Below, in pieces: positions 6,738-18,700 of a stretch of 32,000 nt of DNA (the stretch's first letter is position 1; each line of letters opens with the position of its first letter). Made by a program: the position numbers and the translations under genes. The notes beneath the pieces were generated by a model. That model was not told the origin of the DNA, did no database searches, and worked only from the letters and a program-made list of their open reading frames with translations. The stretch comes from Candidatus Saccharimonadota bacterium. GTDB lineage: Archaea; Nanohalarchaeota; Nanosalinia; Nanosalinales; Nanosalinaceae. The stretch is from positions 270,001-302,000 of the forward strand of contig CP012986.1 in NCBI GenBank assembly GCA_001761425.1, read 5' to 3'.

Positions 6738-9700
6738 TCACCTGAAAGGTATCCTGCTTGATTTATGCCTTGATTTTGCCTCTTTTTCCGCAAGCCTGGA
6801 CTCTATCGTGGACAGCTTCTCCGTCAGCTCCTCTACCTTGGTCTCGTACATTCCTGTGTCGGCGATATCGCCTTTAACGTAATCTTCCTGGGTGTCCCGG
6901 ATGATATCTTTCAGTTTGTCTCTCTGCTGTCTCAGTGAGTCTTCCTCTCTGAAGTTTGTGATGTTGGCCTTCTTGCTCTCCAGCTTGGTTCTCTCCTCGA
7001 TAAGTTGTATCAAGTCCTCGTTGTAGTCCTCGGCAGCGTCTTCATACTCATTTATCGACATATCACCCTGTTCGAAGGCCTCCTTCTGGTCCTGTTTCTT
7101 CATTTCGTGGATGCTATTTTCCTCCTGATCGATCTCTTCCAGCCGTGATTCAATCCTGTAAAGCCTGTACCTGTAGTAGGCTATTATTCCTGTAACAGAG
7201 GCCAGTAAGAGGCCTAGAAGGATTTTCTTCCAGTTTGAGGCAATCAGGTAGATATAGTTGACTTCTCCCTTTGTTTCCAGCTGGTAGAGGTTCCGGGCCT
7301 CTTCAAGCCTGTTCATCGAAGTGTCGTACGCTCCTCTTTCAAGTGCCTCTTCAGCCAGGTTGGCCATTCTTTTGGCCTGTGTTACGTCAAGGCCTTGCAT
7401 TTCAGCGGAATCTATCTGTTTTCCGAGTTCTTCGAGGCCTTCCTGTGTATCTGTGGCTGTCTCGTAGATGTTCTCTGCTTTTTCGTATCTGTCCTGGACT
7501 GTTCCGTATTCGCCTTCCTGGATGTCTTCTTCGGCGTCGGACAGGATTTTTTCGATTTCTGTGTCGGGTATTCCTGAGCTGTTGAGCTTCTTTTTGAGGC
7601 CCTTCATCTCTTCAGTCAGGTTCTGCGCTGCAGTCTCCGATATTTCGTGTATTTCAAGGCCTACCTGTTTGTTCAATGTGAAGTCGAAGTACGGGTTTAT
7701 GAAGGCTTCTGGATCGTAACCGGTGCCTGAAATCTGGAAGTCTATGTCAAAGCTGCTTGAGGCGAAGAAGTCTGGTGCGGTAATCTCTACAGAGATATTT
7801 TCTGAATCATTTACTTCAAGGGAATCTATGTATTCTTTCTTGAGGTCCAGGTACTGTGAGCGGAAGCCTGAGGCCTCTACAGTTATATTGGAGAGATTGA
7901 ACTCTGTGGGGTTTGTGAATACCACGCTGAAGTTTTGATCCTGTCCTCTTACAAGTTCAAAGTTTTTTGTGGTGTTGAAGATCCTGTCGGAGGCCTCTGA
8001 TACCTGCTCCTGGTTTGTCTGTCCGTCTGATGGAGTTGTTATGGCTCCTCCGCTGTCTTCTTCTATTATGGTTGTTGTCCTGTTTTCTGATACTTCTATC
8101 TGGAATGTCTGGATGAATGATCTATTCCCGGTCGATGTTGTGATGTTAATGTTTTTCGTACCGGTTGATGCGTCTTCTGGGACATTGATGGATACTGAGG
8201 AATCTGTTTTTTCGTCGACGCTGATGTTTTCAAGGTTCTGGGTTTTTGGCTTTGAGGTGCTTGAGAGGCTCCATTCGGAAGGTAGGCTGTAGTCTATTTC
8301 TGTACTTTCTGATTTCTCTGTCCCGATGTTTGTAGTATCTACGGGCAGTTCGACGTTGTCTGCTCCCTGGTTTATTGAGAGAGGGAAGCCGTCTCCTTTC
8401 TCAATGGAGAAGAAGGCAGCATCCAGTGTGAAGGTTGCCTGGCCTTCTATTCCTTCGCTTTCTGGGCTTGAGGTCTCGTTGTACGGTTCCATCTTTATCT
8501 GGAAGGAGTAAATTCCTTCATTATCTGCACTGGTGTCTTCGAGGTATGCTTCAATATCTAGGGCTTCTGATTCCTGTGCTGGAACGGTAAGGTTAGTCCT
8601 GTCTGTCTGCAATTCCAGGTTCGGGTCTTCAACTTTTGTGATACTGTATTTAAGAGGGAAATCTCCCGTGTTTTCTATCTTTGTAGGGGTATAGTCGATG
8701 AGGTTGTTTTCAAGCGTGCTGGAACCCGAGTATTCTGCTGGGGTTCTGCTCCAGGTGTAGTCCCAGCTGATGTTAACTGACTTTTTCTTGCTTATCTCGT
8801 TTCCGTAGGTGTCATTTGCCTCGTATTTGAATTCATAGGTCTCTCCGTCATCTCCAGGTGTGAAGTTTCCTGTATAAAGATCTCCAGAGCTGGTCAGGTC
8901 TCCCTGTTTCCATTTTCCTCCTTTCTTTCTGTAGAGAAGTGATACATTGTCTAACTCAAGGTTATCTGTAATGGTTGCGTTGACCTGAATCGATTTGTTG
9001 GGGTCCAGGTCCTTCTGTGTCTCTGGCGTGTGGTTAAATCCTGTGATATTTGGTTTTTCGATGTCCTCTACATCGAATGATATCCTGGAACTACCTGGAT
9101 TGTTGAGATGATCAGAAACCTGGAAACTGCATTTTCTGTTCCCTGCCTTCAGTTCTGAGGCCTCTATAGTCCTGTTGGCCCAGCCAGAGCTGAATTCCTG
9201 TTTACTGATGCTTGTGTTCTCCTCTGTAGAGTTGTCATAGATTTCAGCGTCTCCCAGTTCAAAGTTGTCGCTCCACTTTGAGTAGCATTTCACTGACTGA
9301 TTCTGGAGCGGAGCTGTCCTGGTAGAGTTTAAAACTTCTATTTGAGGGCCTTTAACCGGTACAGGAGCTTTTGAGTCTGCCAGTACATTGCTTCTGTCCG
9401 AAGTTGTGGTTGTCAATTTTTTTCCGTCGAACCTGTCTGTGGCAGTCACTTTCCAGGAAAGATTGGAGCTTTTCAGGCCTTTGATTGTTTCCTGTGGCTG
9501 TGTGAGGCGTGTGGACGTGTTTATTTTCTGTGTCTCGTTGAATATTTCTAGTTTGTATTCGAGGTTGTCGTTTTCGGGATCTGAGGCCTCCCATTTGAAT
9601 GTGATTTCTGTTTTGTTGGTCTTTGAGTTGTTTTCTGGTGCTTTCAGGTTTTCGATTGAAGGTTTGTTGTTTGGAATTTTGCCTGTTTTGGTGTTTGATG

Positions 9701-12700
9701 TTACCTGTGCTTTGTCTGTGTCGTTGAATGTGAATGTGGTGTTGACTTTTTCTTCGGGCTTTAGCCAGGTGGTTTTTGATGCGTTTACGGTGTAGGAGCA
9801 TTTGGCTTTTTTGGATCCTGTGTATGTGGTGTCTATCTTCTTTTCTACTGTTTTGTTGTTGTTTCCGTGCTGTATAAGTGCTTCGCAGTTGTTTTTGAGG
9901 TCTTTTTCTCCGTTTGGGTCCTGGGTTACTGTTGATACTGTGTATGCGTGTTCTCCAGTGATGTTTTCTATTTCCTGTCTTTTTGCTATCTCTGGCGGCG
10001 AGTTCTGGATTGGAAGTGTTTCTGGTGATTTGTTTTCTTGGCTGAGTGTGTTGTACTCGTCTACTATCTGTAGTGAAAGATTCCAGTGCTGGCCTTTTTC
10101 AGTATCTGCTGGTGTTACGGTGTCTGAAGTTATTGTGCTGGAGTTTGACTTCCATTCGTAGAAGCTGTTTGTGATTTGATCTTCTTCAGGATCCTGGACG
10201 GTGTAGCTCACGTTGAGTGTGTCTTCTGTGGTCGGTTGGTCTGGTTTGAGGTTTATTGAGGTTATTACTGGTGCTCTATTGGGTATGGTGTTTGATACTG
10301 TGCTTGAGTATGCTTTAAGGCCTTGTTCGTCTCTGGCAATTATCTGGACTGAAACTGTTTCTCCTACCTCGAATCCGTTTGTACTGGAGTTTATGTTTGA
10401 GTAGTTCGCCCAGGCGTATTCGTCTCCATCTTCACTGAAATTTTCTGTGTATCTAGTTGTGTTCTCCCCGTCATCTGCTATCACTGTGTAGTTGTCGAGG
10501 TCGCTGTCTCCGTTGAGATCTCTTATCTTTGCTGAGATGTTGAATCCGTGTTCGTTTTTCAGATTGCTGGTTTCTGTTCCTCTGGTGATCTCAGGGTCGG
10601 CGTTGCCGACTTTGAACTGGTCTGTCAGGGTAGAGTTCTCGAAGCTGTCGCTCGCTTTGAATGTCCAGTTGTAGGTTTCCAGTGATTTTCCGTAGAACGC
10701 AGATGAGTTCCATGTCTCTCCTGAGGTTGAATCTATTTTCTCATCGACAATTTTCTGAGGTGAGCTCTGGTTCCACACTTCGTAGAATGTGGCAGCGAGC
10801 GGATTGTCCGTTGCTGTGACGTTTGCTATCAGTTTGATCCATTCTGCTTCCTCACTTACTGATTCATTGATCTCTACAGATTCTATCCTTGGCTCCTGGT
10901 TCATGTGGAATGAGGCATTAGTATCTCTGCCGGTACAGCCCCAGTTATCACAGGCGAGAAGGTCTATTACGTAGTCCTCGTTGTCCTGAAGGTTGACGTT
11001 GTTCCCTCCGATTTCAAGTTCATCCGGCTGCGTATAATCTGTTGAGCTGATCTCTGTTCTGTTCTCCACGGTGAGAGGGTTTTGACTTGTTCCCAGGTAG
11101 GCCTTGACTGTGAGGTTATCACCATCTTTGTCGGAGGGATTAGTCCAGTTTATGTCGAATGTGTGGTTGACTACGTAGTTCTGGTTTCCGACCTCGAGAT
11201 CAAGGTTCTGAGGAAGTTCAGGTACATGGTTTGGAATCGAGTTCTCTGTGGAAGAACTTGCGGAGGCTCCGGATTTGTCTATCGCTTCCGCGTCAATGCT
11301 GAGTGTTTCCTCGACTTCGAAGCTTTTGAAGTAAGTCGAGTTTATGTTCGAGTAGTTCAGTGCTGCTTCGTCCTCTCCTCCGAAGCTGCGGTTTACTGAG
11401 GCCTTGATTTCTTCCTGGTTTCCGTCTCCGTCGCTTACTGTTATGTTGAAGTGTTCTATATTGATTGCTCCGTCAGCGTCAGTTGCTTTGGCGGAGATGT
11501 TGAACTTGTGTCCTTTATCGTAGTTAGCTGTGCTCAGGCCTGTTATTTCCGGTTGCTGGTTATTGACTGTTACTGTCCCTGTGGTGCTTGTTGGCTGGTA
11601 TCCATCGCTCACATTTACCGTGTAGTTGTAGGTGGTTTCTGCCTTTGTCTCCCACTTATCGGAGTTCCAGAGGCCTTTGTTTAGTGATCCGTTTGTGTTG
11701 CTGTAGATCTGTGTTCCTGCGGTCTGGTTGTAGACTGTGAAGTTTACCCATTCAATACTGTCCTGACTGTCCGTTATATTGGCCTCCAGATTCAGACTGT
11801 CTGAGCCGGTTATCGAGGAACTATTGGTTTCCACACTTTCTATGAAAGGCTCTTGGTTCATGGTGAATTCGATGTTGTCGGTATATCCGCTGCATCCATA
11901 CGGGTCACAGGCCTTTAATGTGACGTTGTATGTGTCACCGTCCAGTATCTCGACGTTCTGGCCTAGTGTTAGTTTGTTGTCTTGTGTTGTGGTGTCGTCT
12001 AGTTCCTGAGGGTTTGGCGAGGTTTCTGTGTAGGCTTTGACTGTTATCCGGTCTTGTTCGGGGTCTGTGGGTGTTGTCCAGTTTATTTCTGGTGTGTGGT
12101 CTATTACGTGGTTTAGATCAGCTTTTTCCTGGAGGAAGTGCGTCATGTTAGGTGTTTTCGGTTTACCTGGTACTTCGTTGGGTATGGTGTATGACCTTGT
12201 TGGAGTCTCTGCTGTGGCGCCTGCGTCGTCTCTTGCCGTTATTGTTGTCTCTATGTCGTCTCCTACGCTGAAATTTTCTATCGAGGTGTTTACGTTCGAG
12301 TACGTTATTGAGGCCTCGGTGCTGTCTCCGAATTCTGTATCTGTGATGCTTTCCTCAACTGTCTCCTGGTTTCCGTCTCTGTCTTCAAGTACCAGTGTGT
12401 AGTCTAGGAGGTCTCCGTCTCCATCATCGTCTTTTACAACTGCTGATACATTGAAAGCGTGTTTTCCAGTAATGTCGTCAAAACTTGGGCCTGATACTAT
12501 CTCAGGGTTTGAGTTATTTGTTTTGAAAGTTCCTGAGGTCTCTGAGGTCTCATAACTATCAGTTGTGTTTACAGTCCAGTTGTAGGTGGTTCCTGTGGAT
12601 ACTTTCCATGTATCTGAGATCCAGTTGCCGTTCTGGTTTATCGAACCGTTCACAGAGTCTACCAGTACGTCGTTGTCACTCTGGTTGTATGCTGTGAAGT

Positions 12701-15700
12701 TTGCTCTTTCGATGCTGTCTGATTCTGCATCCGAAATGTTGGCTGTTAGATGTACTTCGTCTCCATCACTGAGTTCTGAGCTTGATTTGTTCAGTTCTAC
12801 GGAGTTGAAGGTTGGTTCCTGGTTTGTATGGAACTCCTGGATGACTCTCTTGGATGTACAGCTTCCGAACGTGTCACAGGCCTCTACTGAGAAGTTATAG
12901 GTCGTCCCGTCATTTAGGTTTACCTGCTTCCCTAATTCAATTTCTCTGCTGGTGGTGTAGTTGTTTTCCGTTACCAGTATATCTCTGTCAACTGCTGTAG
13001 GATCTGCTGAAGATCCGGTGAAGACCTTGAAACTTAGATTGTCGTTGTCGGGGTCTGAACCTGTTGTCAGTTTTATCTCTGGGTTTTGATCTACTACATG
13101 CTGGAGGTCTGTTCCAGGTTCAAGTAGCTGGCTCATGTTTATGTTGGTAGCTGGGTCAGGCGCGTGGTTCGGTATGTTGTGGCTTTCGAAGTTCTGGGTT
13201 GTTTCTCCAGATTTATCTCTGGATATTACTGTTACGAAGACTGTCTCCCCTACCTCGAATCCCTGGATAGATGAGTTTACGTTTGAGAAGTTTGCTGCGA
13301 CCTCTTCAGGGCCTCCGTGGCTCTCGGTTACGTCTCTGGTATATTCGTATACTTTTTCTCCATCATTTAGCTGAATCGTGTAGTTAGCGAAGTTTACTTG
13401 GCCGTCCACATCGTTTGCCACCGCTGACACGTTGAATTTATGGCCCGTGCTGTAATCCTGGAAGCTAGGTCCAGACACCATTGAGGGAGCGGTGTTAGGT
13501 ACGCTGAATGAACCCGTACCTACTGCATGCTGGTATCCATCTGTCGCGTTTACTGTCCAGTTGTAAGATTTCGAGGCAAAGACCTCAAATTTCTCCGAGT
13601 TCCATTCTCCATTCTGGACTTCGCCAGAAACATCTGTAAGAACCTTGGTGTTATCATCCTCGTTCCACACCTTGAACTCAACATTAGATATACTATCCTC
13701 GTTATCAGTTACATTGGAAAGCAGTTTCACAAAGTCACTTCCTGTAGGGCTTGAGTCATTCAAAGCGGTATTTTCGATGACCGGTTCCTCATTCATACGG
13801 AACTCGATATTATCCGACCTGCTACTGCATTCGTAGCTGTCACATGCTATCAGTGTCACATTGTAGCTGTTTCCGTCGCTTAGGCTAACGCTGTTTCCGA
13901 GAGAAAAACTAGATGAGCTTCCGTAGTTTGTCCCGATGTTTAGGGAGTTATCGAGTGATGTCGGACTTGATGACTGCCCTGTGTAGGCCTTTACCGTTAC
14001 TGAGTCGTCTTCTGCGTCATCAGGGTTACTCCAGTTTATTTCTGGTGTTTGGTCTATTACGTGGTCGATATCGGCATTCTCATTCAGGAAGTATGTCATA
14101 CTGAGATTTTGAGGTATTTCTGGGGCCTTGTTCGGTATCCTGTTAGTTCCTGAAGTCGTTGCTGTCTTCCCTTCTTTGTCGATGAACTTTATGGATGCGC
14201 TGATCTCTTCTTTGACCTCGAATCCCTGGATAGATGAGTTTACGTTTGAAAAGTTTGCGGCTACTTCGCTGCTGGTTCCATAGGCCTTGTTTACCTGTCT
14301 GGAGAAGGTTTCCTGGTTTCCATCCCCATCTTTCAAAGTTATATTGTACTTGTCGATATTGATCTCTCCATCGGGTTCGTAAGCGACCGCTGATGCGTTG
14401 AACTTGTGCGCGTTCGAGAAATCTGTTGCTGTCAGGCCTTGAACTATTTCCGGTGCGCTGTTGGACACGCTGAATGTCCCGGTGTTACTGCTAGTCTGGT
14501 AGCCGTCAGATGTGTCTAGAGTCCAGTTGTAGGTGTTTCCTGCTAATACCTTGAAACTGTCGGATTTCCAGAGGCCTTTGTTTAGTGATCCGTTTGTGTT
14601 GCTGTAGATTTGTGTTCCTGCGGTCTGGTTGTGTACTGTGAAGTTTGTCCATTTTATATTGTCCTGGTTGTCTGTGATATTCGCTTCAAGATCTACAATA
14701 TCGTTTCCTGTAGGACTTGAGTCATTGAGGCCTACTGAATTGATTGAAGGTTCCTGGTTCACAGTGAATTCGGTGTTAGTTGTGTAGTTGCTGCATGCGT
14801 ACTGGTCGCAGGCTTTCAGGCTTACATTGTAGGTAGTTCCGTCGTTTAGGCCTATGTTTTGACCTAGTGTTAGTTTATTGCTGGAGTTGGTTTGGTTGTC
14901 TAGCTGGGTGGGGTTTGATGACTGTCCTGTGTAGGCCTTGACAGTTATTTGGTCTCCTTCTGGGTCTGTAGGGTTGGTCCAGTTTATCTCCGGTGTCTGA
15001 TCCAATAAATGATCGAGATCTTCTTTGCTGCTGAGGAAGTATGACATGTTGATATCTGTCGGTTTATTTGGTGCTTCGTTCGGTATTTCCTGTGTTCCTG
15101 TTGCATTCTGTGTCTCTGCTCCGTGTCTATCTGAGAACTTTACATTTACGGTGATTGATTCGCCTACAGTGAAGTTTTCTATCGAGTTGCTGATTGATGT
15201 GTTACATGAGGCCTGGTCGGTTGTTCCGAAGTTCTGGTTCAGAGGTCCTGAACCTGATATTATCTCTGTGTTTCCGTCTCCGTCCTCTGCGTATACTGTG
15301 CATGAGTTGATTTCAGTAGAGTCGGAATCGCTGTCAGCTCCTACTGCTGATACATTAAACGCGTGTTCTCCCGAGGCTTTCTCAACTGTGGGGCCAGTCT
15401 CTACTGTCGGATTGTGGTTTGGAATTGTTTCGCTGTAGATGGAAGTTGATTTGGTGGCTCCGGCTACATCAGTGAAGTCTGCGTGTACCTGGATGCTTTC
15501 TCCGACACTGAAGCCTGTGAGTGAGTCCGTGATGGTTGCGTTACATGAGGCCTGGTCGGTTCCTCCATAAGCGGTGTCAAGAGAGCCTAAAGTATTGGTG
15601 TTGCTGTCTCCGTCTTCCGCGTAAACTGTGCAGGACTGTATTTCGGAGCTACCTTGATCTCTGTCGTAGCCTACCGCCGAAAAATTGAATTTGTGATCTA

Positions 15701-18700
15701 GGCCTGATACCTTTCTGTCTGTGTTGTTTATCTGTGGCTGGTTGTTCGGAAGACTTTTCGTCCTGTTCTCGGTTGTCTTGGTGTATCCATCATTGTCTGT
15801 AAAGTTGAACTTGAAAGTTATTTCATCTTGATCTGGATAGCTTACTCCGAATAGCTCTCTACTGATTGTTGCGTTACATGAAGCAGTCTCTGAGTCGCCG
15901 AAGGCCTTGTTCAGTGATGCTGGTGTCCCTCCGCCGTTCTCTACCGATGAGTAACCCGTAAATCTATCTGTGTGGTAGTAAGCTGTACAGTCCTGGAACT
16001 GGCCGTCTGAATCTGCGCCTCTAGCCGTCGCAGATATATTGAATTTGTGCTGATCGCTGAAAGGATTCTCTGTGCTGTTTCCGACGACGAATGATTCCTC
16101 GTAGTGCAGATCGGTTCCGAAGATCTCCCATGTATCCTTGATATCTGTACTGTAGCCATCGAAGGAGAAATTGACTTTTTTCGAGTTCTCAAGGCCTGAA
16201 ATACTGTAATTGTTCAGGCCGTCGCTTACAGCAATGTTTTCCGTATTCAAGATGTTATTGGATGAGTCTAGGGAGTATACTGTGGCTGATAGAGATGTTT
16301 CTGCGGATATATTCGCGTCAAGTGCTATGTTGTTCCATGATTTCTTTCCCTCAGGTTTGATTGTGCTTGAGTTGTATGATCCGTCGAACTGACCGTCCGA
16401 ACCGTTGAAGAAAAGTCTTTCTATCTCGCTGGAGCTTAGTGAATTGTTGTAGGCCTTTACCTCGTCTATGCTCGCGTTTAACTTGCCGTTTGCTATCTTG
16501 AAGTCCTTTGAATTGGAGTTGACTGTTCCGAGACCTGTGCTTTTTGATTCGGTCAGCGTTGAATTGAAGTAGAGTTCTGCGGTCCCTGTGGACGCGTTGT
16601 ATGTCGCAGTGATCATCGTCCAGCTTCCCCGTTTCAGGCCTTGAACTCCCCTGTTCAGTATGCTCTGGCCGTTTATCCTGAGGACAGGTATGCTGTTGGA
16701 GGTTGATCCTGCGGAGATTCCTGGTGATTGATCTACTCCGGTGACTGATGTGCCGTCGTTTCTTTCCACTGGTTGTTCGTTTCCGCTCAGGTCTGAGAGG
16801 TAGAGTGTATCTGAGTTGCTGTTGATATGGATTATTTCCTCTGACGGGGTTCCTGTCCGGTCCACGGTTCCGAGAGGAGAGTTTTCTGCGTTTTCGTAGC
16901 TTGAGTCGATTGTATTCATTGATCCGGAGTCAGGTACCAGTGCGAGGTTGGAGTTGCCGTTTACGATGGGAACCTCTACTTCTCCGTCGTTGTCCAGGTC
17001 TGAAGGAGCTCCCATCTTCTTGACTGCTGATGAGGGGTTGTATATCAGTGTTCTGAGGGAGTTGCCGAAGTTTGTGTTTCCAGTGTCTGTGAGGCCTCCG
17101 CTGTCGTATTTTAGTACATTTCCGCTTCCATCTCCGATAAAGAATTTTTCTGATGAGGCCTTGTATTCGATTGAGTATATTGTGCTTCCTGTGGGTTTTC
17201 CAAGGTCTGTTACGGTTCCGTCTTCCTGGATTTTGATGAGGTATCCTCCGCCTCCTACCAGCCAGAATGAGTCGCCGTCTACTGTTCCCCATTCGATGGA
17301 GTAGATGGTTTTTCCGTTGTTTGTTATTGGGTTGTTGGTGTTGGGCTGGCTCCAGTCTGAGCCATCGTAGATCCCGATGTTTCCTCCTCCGCCTCCTCCC
17401 AGGTAGTGGGTTCCGTTGAAACCGATTTTTCTGACGGGGTTTCCGAAGACAGGGTCGCTTATCCTGGTGAATCCTGTGCTGTCGAATTTGGATAGGCGGG
17501 CTTTTGGAGTTCCTCCTGTTCTACTGTGTCCGACAAGCCAGTAATCTCCGATCTGGTCGCTGCCGTATGAATGAGCTGAGCCATACATTGATGGACCGCT
17601 TTTTACTCCTCCGTGATCTGTCCATGTTCCTGACTGAAGCGAATATGTGTATACAGAAGTTCCTGCTGTAGCAAGTAAATGAGTTTTGTTGGAGGAAAGA
17701 GAGCGTACCTGATTTGCCGGTCCTCCTGCCAGGTCTGTAAACGATCCATCCCATTTTGTGACCTCTCCACCGCCGCCTCCGAGGAAATAACCTGAGTTCG
17801 TGTCTGTACCTGAGTAAATACTGTTTATGGGAGCGTTATTCTTACCTGATAGATCCGTCCATGAACCATCTTCATATTTTTCAACCTCCGGTCCCGCTGT
17901 TCCGCCTATCCAGTACTGGAAATTATTCTCTCCAGCTACAGATTTTCCCGTACTCTGTATCTGCGTTCCATTCCACCAGCTAACCGTCTGCGATCCGTCA
18001 AGGTAGATTACATCTTTCTGTCCATCCCCATCGTAATCTGCAACTCCGGAGACTGCAGTAGCAGTTATCCCGCTGCCAACTACAGAAGCACTCCCTGAAT
18101 AGAAATCATACTCTGTAAGTTCTGAAGTTGAAGAATCGATAAAATATATCTCCTCTCTTTCATCGTCATCGAAGTCTCCGGCACCGAGCGTCGAGCGTGA
18201 GGCCTTTGCACCGGAAGCAAGATTCGTCGTGCTACCGCTTTCATCAACTGTATTGAGGTTTCCGGATCCGTCCACATAAGGTATTTCGATCGATCCATCC
18301 TGGTCGTAGTCTGCTAGAGGCCCTATCACGCTAGTTTCTATTCCCAGATTGCTTATATGGCCTGTAGAGTTCATCAGTTTCAGGTTAGAGTTCTGTGAGA
18401 ATGCTATGTAGTTCTCATCCTCGATCCTGAGGCTGTACGAGTCTCCTTTACCGATTATTTCAGGGTTGCTGCTCATGGAAGGCCTTACGCCCAGAGTTTC
18501 ATCCGGTTTTACCCACGCGTTCAATGTGAATCCTTCGTTCAAATCCAGTGAAGAGCTGTCAGGTATTACTACTTCATCTGCGCTTCCCTGAAACTCCATG
18601 GCATTGGTTCCAAATATTCCTGGAACGTCTCTCAATGCTCCGTATATTTCTCCGCTATTTCCTGTTCCTGAGTAATCGGTTACTCCTCCTGAGGTCGTGT

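Larger units (their letters stand above)
10581..15395 (-). repeat. Five tandem A-B-C three-module super-repeats (about 322 codons / 967 nt each) inside the giant gene
   Basis: A modules carry ..H[KA]FN[IV]SA....D.DG.. ..IPN..P. B modules carry ..TPEINW[TS]NP.D.E.D..TVKAYTG.. ..AC[DQ]..[GA]C. C modules carry ..N[IV]TD..D.I....F.V.NQ.. ..YNWT[VL]N..D.Y. They span protein aa 1173-2777. Further A-type modules extend the family to 9651-16079. Confidence 0.85.

Noticed and set aside
6734-6793. N-terminal extension (MRKKRQNQGINQAGYLSGEK) of the stalk-paralogue gene as given in the ORF track.
   Set aside because: It would overlap the giant gene's 3' end by 56 nt. An internal ATG at 6733 has an AGGTGA ribosome-binding site and begins directly with a signal peptide. 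Similar reasoning trimmed folA (19608 to 19506) and tmk (26628 to 26697).
9651-16079. Could the periodic repeats be a CRISPR array or a satellite?
   Set aside because: The period is ~967 nt, the units are diverged and coding, and they lie in one continuous reading frame. There are no short direct repeats with unique spacers anywhere in the window.
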